Of a DNA stretch of 64,000 bases, positions 56,569 through 64,000 are shown in pieces. A program made the position numbers and the translations under genes. Origin of the DNA: an uncultured bacterium (GTDB lineage: Bacteria > Patescibacteriota > Minisyncoccia > Phycocordibacterales > CAINVO01); assembly GCA_903854195.1 (NCBI GenBank), contig CAINVO010000029.1, forward strand, positions 2,557 through 66,556. Reading direction: 5' to 3'. The first letter of the stretch is position 1; every line of letters starts with the position of its first letter. The notes beneath the pieces were generated by a model. That model worked only from the letters and a program-made list of their open reading frames with translations, did not search any database and had not been told where the DNA came from.

Positions 56569-57819
56569 TTACCTACCTAGAATAGCGTCCAAAGTGTTTC
56601 TCTTTACAATAATTCTGGCTGGAATATATCCGGCGACAACTGTCGTAATCAATAGAATAATCACTCTAATTGATGTCCCGGCAACGGTTACATAAATTAT
56701 GCCATCACTAAATGGAAAATTTATAGGATGTGCATTCACATATGGCACCAAAAAACCATACAAGAACAACACCCCAAGCCCCGTACCCGAAAGTGCATAG
56801 AAAATTGATTGAAAAATATATGAATACTCAATTGCCCGTGAATCAATACCTATACCTTTCAAAATACCGATAAACTTTCTACGAGTAATTGCGTTAACGA
56901 AAATAACAATAAATATAGTAATAGATGCAACAACAAGACCGATAGAACCGAGCATATTTCCTAGAAGTGAAAATGTCTGAGCAATATCCTTAAGAAATTT
57001 AGGTTGTGCCTCTAAATATGTCTGAATTTTTGCACCCTGATCAAAACCATTTTTGACTAAAATATTTTTTACAAACAAAGGATCTACCCCAGGTTTTAGA
57101 ACAACAGAAATTTCATTAAGATTTAAATCATCTCTACCTATAATACTTCGGAGTTGAGAATCTACCATAAAAATACGTTGATCGAGCTCCCCGACCTTAC
57201 TTTTAACTATTCCTTTTATCAACACCTCTCTTGTTGTTGATCCAATATGAAGTCTGACCAACGAGCCTACCCCTGCGGTTTTTAAGTTTTTAAGTCCAGG
57301 TGTATCAATTGGTGTGTACTTATACAAAAGATCAGCACCAAGCAAAATTTTGTCATAATCATCCGGTGCCAAATATGAACCTTCAATCATTAAACCTCCT
57401 ATACCAGAAAAATTATTTTCTTTTACCGGATCAATACCAGCAATGACACCACCAGCACTTTCAGTGACATCACTATCACGTGTTTTTGTTTTATATCCTG
57501 ATTCAACAGTACCTCCTGCAAGATACCTCCCACTTAGAAGACTGACCTGCGGCAAGCCATTTAGTATGTTTAATATTCCACTTGTATTTTCAATATAGGC
57601 CTTTTGATTTAAATTAGAAATAATCAAATCCCCAGTATATTTATTTTTTTCTGCGGTCACCGCTCCTTGCATCAAACCCACCAAAACTCCGTTAATAACA
57701 ACAAGATTTAAGAATGTTAAGGTCATAACAAACATAATCAAAATTGTAGTCCAAAGACTAGCATGCTTTATTTGCCTAATTGCTAGAAAAAATCCTACTC
57801 TTATTGGAACAAATGACAT
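56569..57819 (-). CDS. ABC transporter permease (FtsX/MacB-type, 4 TM helices with large periplasmic loop)
   Basis: 416 aa, FtsX-like C-terminal helices. Confidence 0.75.
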   Translation of the reverse strand: MSFVPIRVGFFLAIRQIKHASLWTTILIMFVMTLTFLNLVVINGVLVGLMQGAVTAEKNKYTGDLIISNLNQKAYIENTSGILNILNGLPQVSLLSGRYLAGGTVESGYKTKTRDSDVTESAGGVIAGIDPVKENNFSGIGGLMIEGSYLAPDDYDKILLGADLLYKYTPIDTPGLKNLKTAGVGSLVRLHIGSTTREVLIKGIVKSKVGELDQRIFMVDSQLRSIIGRDDLNLNEISVVLKPGVDPLFVKNILVKNGFDQGAKIQTYLEAQPKFLKDIAQTFSLLGNMLGSIGLVVASITIFIVIFVNAITRRKFIGILKGIGIDSRAIEYSYIFQSIFYALSGTGLGVLFLYGFLVPYVNAHPINFPFSDGIIYVTVAGTSIRVIILLITTVVAGYIPARIIVKRNTLDAILGR

Positions 57820-57821
57820 TT

Positions 57822-59336
57822 TTATATTTTGGGATTTAGAGAAATAATTTCACCAACAGAAAGTCCTGATACAATCTCTACATTTCCCAGTACATCAGTA
57901 GCGCCAATTGTGACCAGTCTTGTTTCAAATTTATCTCCATTTTTTACTTGAACAAAATTTTGATTTCCTTTCAGAATCACAGCCTGTTGTGGAAGCGTAA
58001 TTACATTTGGTCTATTATCAATTTGAATACCAATAGTAGCCGTCATTCCAGATCTAACACGATCGTCAGGAGCATCAAACTGTAATTTTGTTTTATAAGT
58101 CGAAACTCCATCTTTTACTGTTTCTGCAGGGTCTATTGAAATAACTTTCGCAGGAAAAATAGTGTCAGCGCCATATGCATCAAGAGTGATACTTGCTGGT
58201 TGACCAACTGCAACTTTTGCAATATCAGTTTCAGGTATGTAACTGTCTATTTCATAATTTGAATTACTAATTAGACTTATAACTGGAACATTTGGTGAGG
58301 CAATTTGACCCGTCTTTGCATTTACAACAGTTACTGTGCCATCAAATGGTGCAGTTATAACAGTCTGACCAAGAGCAGCCTGAGCTTGTTCCACGGCTGC
58401 TGTTTGAATAGCAATGTCTTGCGAAGTCGCACCAGCTTTTTTTAGATTGAGTTGATTTTTTGCAACTTCAACTGCTGATAAACCACTACTATAAACCTGA
58501 TCAGCTGAATTAATTGCAGTGATCGCATTATTGATATTTGCCCTAGCTGTGGAGACATCATTTTTATATTTATCAATATTTGCTTGAGTTAGAGATCCAC
58601 CAGGAACAAAAGATGATACAGCTATAGTAATATTGCTCAAATACTGACTTAATAAATTTAAATTATTTTGAGCCTCTTGCAAATATGTATCAGAATATGA
58701 ATCCAACCCTAAACCTTGTAATTCAATACCCCAAGAAGTTAGAGTGCTGCCCCAACGTAAACGCTGATCATTAAGCGACTGACTTAATGTGTAATTATCA
58801 AATGGAATAATTGTTGGAGTTGCTGATCTTGGATTTGTATAAACTTGATCAACTTTATTTTTTACAGCATCATCTGCATTTGCATATCCAAGTTTTATTG
58901 CATTGATTAATGAAATTTCTGATTGAGTAACAGAACTTTTTGCACTAGCGACATTTGATTCTGAAACGGCCACATCCTCTGGACGTGTACCTGTTTTTAT
59001 TTGATCAAGTCTCGCAACTTGGGCATCGAGGGCAGCTTTAAGCTCTGAGTTTGAAAGATATGCCAAAGTTGAACCTTGAGAAACCTTATCGCCAACAGAC
59101 ACATTTACGGCACCAATTTTACCTGCAGTTTCAAAACCAAGGTCAACATCTTGTACTGGAACAACCTGACCAGAAACAGAAACCTTCTTTATAAAAGTTG
59201 TGGGTTTTACAGTGAGTGTATTTACTTGTGTCGATTGAAAATTCCCAAAAATAAAATATGCAACTGCGGCAAGTACAATTACAACAACTGATGCCGTGAT
59301 AATAATTTGTTTTTTCTTCATATTTCTTTTTTTCAA
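57822..59336 (-). CDS. Efflux periplasmic adaptor (HlyD/MacA-type membrane fusion protein)
   Basis: N-terminal anchor, long coiled coil, C-terminal beta-barrel domain; operon with the two genes above. Confidence 0.75.
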   Translation of the reverse strand: MKKRNMKKKQIIITASVVVIVLAAVAYFIFGNFQSTQVNTLTVKPTTFIKKVSVSGQVVPVQDVDLGFETAGKIGAVNVSVGDKVSQGSTLAYLSNSELKAALDAQVARLDQIKTGTRPEDVAVSESNVASAKSSVTQSEISLINAIKLGYANADDAVKNKVDQVYTNPRSATPTIIPFDNYTLSQSLNDQRLRWGSTLTSWGIELQGLGLDSYSDTYLQEAQNNLNLLSQYLSNITIAVSSFVPGGSLTQANIDKYKNDVSTARANINNAITAINSADQVYSSGLSAVEVAKNQLNLKKAGATSQDIAIQTAAVEQAQAALGQTVITAPFDGTVTVVNAKTGQIASPNVPVISLISNSNYEIDSYIPETDIAKVAVGQPASITLDAYGADTIFPAKVISIDPAETVKDGVSTYKTKLQFDAPDDRVRSGMTATIGIQIDNRPNVITLPQQAVILKGNQNFVQVKNGDKFETRLVTIGATDVLGNVEIVSGLSVGEIISLNPKI

Positions 59337-59358
59337 TCTAAATATTAATATTTTTTTA

Positions 59359-59844
59359 TTATAAATAATGCTTCAACTTTTCAGGGTTTGGCACTTCCTC
59401 AATCAACACCTGTTCTCCGTCACTCTTACTTATAATCAGCGTACCATAATTAAACCTTTTTTCTATACCAGTTTGAGGCTTCATGGTTATCTGAATTATC
59501 TGATTCCTGTCCACTGATTTTATTTCTCGAGAAAATATTCCTTTTTGACTTATATTAATAATTCTTCTATTTGTAAGAATCCAAATATCTAAATAATGAT
59601 CAGATATCGCGATTGCAAAAAATACAATAACAACAACAAGCCATAAACAATAAAACCCCACAAAAACCAATGTCATTTTTATGGTCAAAAGAGTTTTTAC
59701 GCTACTAAAAAATAGTATATTTAATCTAGCAAAAACATATGGGGCGACTGAAGCAATAGATAAACAAATGATTTCAATCCAAAGCGCAAGCGAGTGCCTT
59801 CTTGTAGTTTTTAATATCTCCTCATCTTTATAAAAAGCGATCAT
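59359..59844 (-). CDS. Membrane protein with bacterial PH domain (YdbS/YdbT-like)
   Basis: Two N-terminal TM helices then a bPH_2-like C-terminus. Confidence 0.5.
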   Translation of the reverse strand: MIAFYKDEEILKTTRRHSLALWIEIICLSIASVAPYVFARLNILFFSSVKTLLTIKMTLVFVGFYCLWLVVVIVFFAIAISDHYLDIWILTNRRIINISQKGIFSREIKSVDRNQIIQITMKPQTGIEKRFNYGTLIISKSDGEQVLIEEVPNPEKLKHYL

Positions 59845-59854
59845 TTAATAAAAA

Positions 59855-60121
59855 TTAGAGTGTATAAGCTATATAAAATGAAATTGCTGAAAAACTTATC
59901 AAAACAAGGCTCAAAGAAACATAAAGGACTATCAGAAGGTCAGAATACTTGTTTGGTATTGAAAAGGCTCTCCATTGATGAATGCCTACTGAGGTGACAG
60001 TAAGCCATCCTGTAAAGACAGCTAACCATGGTGCAAATGTTCTGATAGGGCCACCTTTTATAAAGAAATTTAATATACTCATAGTCATTTTTATTATACC
60101 AAACAATAAAATTAATGTCAT
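59855..60121 (-). CDS. Small 2-3 TM membrane protein
   Basis: 88 aa hydrophobic. Confidence 0.35.
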   Translation of the reverse strand: MTLILLFGIIKMTMSILNFFIKGGPIRTFAPWLAVFTGWLTVTSVGIHQWRAFSIPNKYSDLLIVLYVSLSLVLISFSAISFYIAYTL

Positions 60122-60242
60122 TGCTGGACATTGCTCGATTTCAATACTTGTGATATAAATATTGTCTTAAATGTGTCATCAATGCATTTACAAGAAAGGC
60201 GCCTCGGCGCATTTTATTTTACCCTTTTAATTTAAGAAAATT

Positions 60243-62045
60243 ATGGAAGTTAGAAACATAGCAATTATTGCCCACGTGGACCATGGAAAGACAACCTTAA
60301 CTGATGCCCTAATGCGTCAAACTGGAATGGTTGAAGAAGGTGTATCTATGGACTCAAACGCTCTAGAACTTGAGCGTGGTATTACTATTTACGCAAAAAA
60401 TACTTCCGTTGTATATAAAGGTACAAAAATAAACATTGTTGACACACCAGGACATGCTGACTTTGGATCAGAAGTTGAACGAGTACTTCGATCAATTGAC
60501 TCTGTTCTACTAGTTGTTGATGCTCAAGAAGGACCTATGCCTCAGACACGTTTCGTTTTGAAAAAGTCTCTCGAGCTTGGACTAAAGCCTATAGTTGTTA
60601 TTAACAAGATAGACAAACCAGCAGCCGCCCCAGATCGAGCACATGAGGAAGTCCTTGAACTATTTATGGATCTTGGTGCTAATGACGAGCAATTAGATTT
60701 TACAACTGTCTATGCTATTGGACGTCAAGGCATTGCAATGAAAAATCTCGGTGACGAAAGTACAAATCTTGATCCTCTACTTGATATAATTTTAGAGAAA
60801 GTTCCTGCTGCAAAAGCTGATGTAAATGCACCCCTACTGGCACAACCTTTCAACCTTGCTTTTGATAATTTCCTAGGACGTATGGGCGTGGCTCGCATAT
60901 ATGACGGTAAAATTTCTCTAGGACAAACAGTTTTTATTAAAAAACCAACTGGCGAAACTCGTACAGGACGTGTCACAAAACTATACACTTTTGATGGTGT
61001 TGCGAAAAAAGAGGTAAATGAAGCTACTGCTGGTGACATTGTTATGATCGCCGGTCTTCCAGAAATTTACATTGGAGAAACCGTCTGCGAAAGCGAAGGT
61101 CAGAACACTCTTCCATCTATTAAGATTGACGAACCTACAATTTCCCTAGATTTCTTGATTAATGACTCCCCTTTTGCGGGACGTGAAGGAAAATTTGTAA
61201 CAACAAGACAAATCAGAGAAAGACTTGAAAAGGAACTCGAAATTAACGTTGGGCTTAAAGTTGATTTTACAGGCGAAGGTAGTGATATGTATAAGGTTTA
61301 TGGACGAGGAGAACTACACATTGCCGTTCTTTTGGAAAACATGCGCCGCGAAGGATACGAACTTCAAGTTTCTCAACCAAAGGTTATTATAAAAGAAATT
61401 GATGGTAAAAGAATGGAACCTTTTGAAGAAGCAGTTGTCGAAGTTCCAACAGAATCATCAGGTGCTGTTATCGAAAAACTAGGTAAAAGAAAAGGTATCA
61501 TGACCTCAATGAAGCAGGATGGCAACATTGTCCGAATGATTTTTGATATCCCAACACGAGGACTTCTAGGTTACCGTAACCAGTTTGTTATCGACACAAA
61601 AGGCGAAGGTATTCTATCAAGCCGTTTTATTGACTTTAAGGACTACGTTGGAGAAATTGAGAAAAGAGAAACTGGCTCTATGGTATCCATGGAAAATGGA
61701 AAAGTGCTTACTTTTGCATTAGGAAACTTACAAGACCGAGGTGTGCTATATGTCACACCTGGCACAGAAGTATACGTTGGTATGGTTATTGGTAACGTAA
61801 CAAAAGGCGATGAACTTGATGTGAACCCAACTAAAGGTAAACAACTTACAAACATGCGAGCTTCAGGATCGGATGGAACGACCTATCTGAACCCAGCAGT
61901 TGAAGTAACTATCGAGCGTGGTCTTGAAACTATGGCTGAAGACGAATACTTGGAGATTACTCCAAAGAGTACTCGTATTCGAAAGAAATATTTGAACAAA
62001 ACAGAACGTACAAAAAACGCTTCTAAAATTCAAATAACTGCCTAG
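60243..62045 (+). CDS. typA: Translational GTPase TypA/BipA
   Basis: [27 protein letters not shown]; EF-G-like domains; 600 aa. Confidence 0.93.
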   Translation: MEVRNIAIIAHVDHGKTTLTDALMRQTGMVEEGVSMDSNALELERGITIYAKNTSVVYKGTKINIVDTPGHADFGSEVERVLRSIDSVLLVVDAQEGPMPQTRFVLKKSLELGLKPIVVINKIDKPAAAPDRAHEEVLELFMDLGANDEQLDFTTVYAIGRQGIAMKNLGDESTNLDPLLDIILEKVPAAKADVNAPLLAQPFNLAFDNFLGRMGVARIYDGKISLGQTVFIKKPTGETRTGRVTKLYTFDGVAKKEVNEATAGDIVMIAGLPEIYIGETVCESEGQNTLPSIKIDEPTISLDFLINDSPFAGREGKFVTTRQIRERLEKELEINVGLKVDFTGEGSDMYKVYGRGELHIAVLLENMRREGYELQVSQPKVIIKEIDGKRMEPFEEAVVEVPTESSGAVIEKLGKRKGIMTSMKQDGNIVRMIFDIPTRGLLGYRNQFVIDTKGEGILSSRFIDFKDYVGEIEKRETGSMVSMENGKVLTFALGNLQDRGVLYVTPGTEVYVGMVIGNVTKGDELDVNPTKGKQLTNMRASGSDGTTYLNPAVEVTIERGLETMAEDEYLEITPKSTRIRKKYLNKTERTKNASKIQITA

Positions 62046-62228
62046 TTAAAAACCGGCTAATTGTCCGAAACAATCTCCAGACCTTTTTTAGTTTAACTTC
62101 TAGACGATTCCATTCGTCTAAATGAGCATTTATATCTTTAGTGATTCTCATGATTAATCTCCTTTTGATAAATTCTGACAAGAGTATATCAAGTGGTGTA
62201 TTAAATTTCGCTCAAAAAATAATAAAAA

Positions 62229-62261
62229 AAATCCCAATGATTGCTCATTGGGATTTTTTTT
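62229..62261. terminator. Intrinsic terminator (bidirectional) downstream of the RRM gene
   Basis: aaaaaaaa-TCCCAATGAttgcTCATTGGGA-ttttttttt. Confidence 0.8.
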
Positions 62262-62275
62262 TGGAACCTGAAAGC

Positions 62276-62572
62276 TTAGAAGCTTCTTCGATCTCCACCT
62301 CCAAAACTTCTTCGTTCTGGTCGGTCTGTCATAGGACGAGCCTCGTTGACTGTAAGAGTACGACCGTCCACATCTTTACCATTGAACATGTCAATAGCTC
62401 CCTGTGCGTCTGCATCTTCCATTTCTACGAAACCAAATCCACGTGACTTGCCAGTCATCTTGTCTGTAATAACATTTGTTGATACTACTGTGCCAGCTTT
62501 TGAAAAAGCGTCACGTAGAGAATCAGCAGTTGTATTCCAAGAAAGATTTCCAACATACAATTTTTTTGCCAT
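62276..62572 (-). CDS. RRM-type RNA-binding protein (glycine/arginine-rich tail)
   Basis: RNP-2 LYVGNL and RNP-1 RGFGFVEM; C-terminal RRSFGGGDRRSF. Confidence 0.85.
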   Translation of the reverse strand: MAKKLYVGNLSWNTTADSLRDAFSKAGTVVSTNVITDKMTGKSRGFGFVEMEDADAQGAIDMFNGKDVDGRTLTVNEARPMTDRPERRSFGGGDRRSF

Positions 62573-62717
62573 TGTGTATCTTTGTTTTACTTATATCGAT
62601 TATCGATTGCGATAGACGACCTTCCCTACGTCATAAGTAAACTTAAGACCACGAGAAATCTACGAATCACATAAAGTATAGCACAGTTGATAGAAAAAAG
62701 CAAGCGATATATCCACC

Positions 62718-63941
62718 CTAAAACTCCTTAAAGTTAGGGTTTAATCTGCAAGTCGCATGCTTCACCACTGACCCCCCTGCATTTGAACATGTCAAAGTAT
62801 ACGTAGTAGTTGAACCAATTGGAGATGACGGGGTGTATGTTCCAGATGATGAAGTAGCCACCTGAATATTCAGACCTGCTGAAGAAATTAGAGTACAAGT
62901 ATCTGGTGCGCCACCCGTTAGAGTCCAAGAAAGAACACATTTGTTTTGAGAGCTGCCGGAATTGATAATTTGTGGTGTCAAAACAATGCCTGCAGTTGTA
63001 AGAGCGGGAGGAAGAGGAAAAACACTACATGATGGATATGAATATGAACCATTTAGAGCTGGGGGGTTCCCCGCTGTACATATGCGGTTCTGAATATCCT
63101 GAGCATTACTACATGTTGATGAAGCTGAGTATCGATAAAAAATGGCACCAGAACCAATTGAGTATGGTGAATTCGGATCTAGTGGGTTGATACACTTTGA
63201 CTGACAGGTACCTCCAATCATGTTTTGGCTTGTAGAACATACTGAACAAGTTGGATAGTCAGTAGCACCATTAGAACAAGTTGTGATCACTGTAACTCCT
63301 GGGTAACTTAATGTTGTTGATCCTGCAAAACTTATCCACCCAACAACATCTGAACCCCAAGCATACCCTGTTATATTTCCAGTACTTGATGCGTAAGTTA
63401 CACCTCTTGTTCCGTTAGGTGTTGGTGATGGGTAGTTTGTTCCAGAAAGACTAATCCAACCGTCCCAACCATCAATACGAGAATCTGTAGTGGTCGTTGG
63501 ACCAGAAGGCGGAGTGTAGTATGTAAAGGTTCCTCCACCACAGATACCGTCATAAGTTCCAGCACATGCCCTAGCCCATCCAGTAACGGCACCAGTAGAG
63601 ATATTAATATTCGGCTGACATGTTCCTGATGGACATCCAGTAGTTTGGTTAAAACTAACCCAACCTATACCATCCGACCATGCGTATCCAGACAAGTTAC
63701 CAGTATTTGAATTGTAAGAAACTTGATATGGGGAATTATCTGTAGATGTTCCATTAAAACTAATCCACCCAACATTATCAGACCAGGCATACCCATTTAC
63801 AGGAAGGGATGACGACTGTGCCTTTACAGGAACTCTCACAAAAGCAAGTCCAATAAAAATAAAGGCAGCTATTGGAACTATGGCGGAAATATATTTTATG
63901 TTTTTTCTCATATTTTCTGATTTATTTTTAATGGACTGCAT
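62718..63941 (-). CDS. Secreted Cys-rich protein with three GYAWSDxxGWISF repeats
   Basis: Signal peptide; repeats GYAWSDNVGWISFNG / GYAWSDGIGWVSFNQ / GYAWGSDVVGWISFAG; more than 25 Cys in the C-terminal half. Confidence 0.5.
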   Translation of the reverse strand: MQSIKNKSENMRKNIKYISAIVPIAAFIFIGLAFVRVPVKAQSSSLPVNGYAWSDNVGWISFNGTSTDNSPYQVSYNSNTGNLSGYAWSDGIGWVSFNQTTGCPSGTCQPNINISTGAVTGWARACAGTYDGICGGGTFTYYTPPSGPTTTTDSRIDGWDGWISLSGTNYPSPTPNGTRGVTYASSTGNITGYAWGSDVVGWISFAGSTTLSYPGVTVITTCSNGATDYPTCSVCSTSQNMIGGTCQSKCINPLDPNSPYSIGSGAIFYRYSASSTCSNAQDIQNRICTAGNPPALNGSYSYPSCSVFPLPPALTTAGIVLTPQIINSGSSQNKCVLSWTLTGGAPDTCTLISSAGLNIQVATSSSGTYTPSSPIGSTTTYTLTCSNAGGSVVKHATCRLNPNFKEF

Positions 63942-64000
63942 TGTAAAAATTTTTATTCTTAATTCTATTCTATTTTTATTTTATTTTTTGTTCAAGAATT

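Noticed and set aside
1-64000. CRISPR arrays, rRNA genes, RNase P RNA, SRP RNA, transposase or integrase genes
   Set aside because: No regularly spaced direct repeats were found. There are no 16S/23S/5S signatures. There is no GGAAAGUCCGG (P4) or GGAAGGAAGCAGC (SRP) core. No DDE or tyrosine-recombinase ORF was recognised.

Overview
This 64 kb window reads as a contiguous piece of a small, AT-rich (about 36-38% GC) bacterial chromosome, most probably from a Candidate Phyla Radiation / Patescibacteria-like organism. Evidence for that placement, all from the sequence:
- Housekeeping genes are present but often shortened: a short IF-2, ValRS lacking the C-terminal coiled coil, and TsaD carrying a low-complexity insertion.
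- There are many small secreted or pilin-like proteins and almost no biosynthetic genes.
- Shine-Dalgarno sequences (AGGAGG) are present, and the standard genetic code appears to be used.

Core genes I can support: iscS, infB-rbfA, folD, gyrA, rpsA, pth, lepB, a HisRS-family gene, rpsU, ybeY, ftsA-ftsZ, trxB, mntH, tsaD, valS, PrsW, Hsp20, lysC, lepA, a MacAB-like ABC efflux triad, and typA/bipA. I also call 10 tRNA genes (Cys, Leu-TAA, Lys, Leu-TAG, Ser, Glu, Val, Phe, Arg, Gly) and several clean intrinsic terminators.

The accessory content is the more interesting part:
- (a) A tandem array of five paralogous two-helix VirB2/TrbC-like small membrane proteins sits beside an orphan solute-binding protein and a tRNA-Leu with an inverted tRNA 3' fragment.
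- (b) Three dispersed proteins share a conserved non-canonical prepilin-like leader, MK(K/N)SQ(K/R)GF, and lie in a region rich in cell-surface proteins (GLUG repeats, IPT/TIG, peptidoglycan-binding domains).
- (c) Three GC-elevated islets (about 15690-16235, 25560-26520, 35578-36378) look horizontally acquired. One of them carries a triple-hairpin plus terminator leader directly upstream of mntH.
- (d) A PAS / PAS-HK / REC / REC signalling operon.
- (e) lysC and folD appear to lack canonical start codons; lysC has a perfect SD in front of an ATA/ATT.
- (f) Several structured non-coding spacers (tRNA-Leu downstream region, MBL/rpsA divergent spacer, tsaD-valS spacer).

No CRISPR array, rRNA, or obvious transposase/integrase gene was seen. 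Coordinates derived by hand may be off by 1-2 nt. CDS coordinates follow the supplied ORF track except where a different start is argued.
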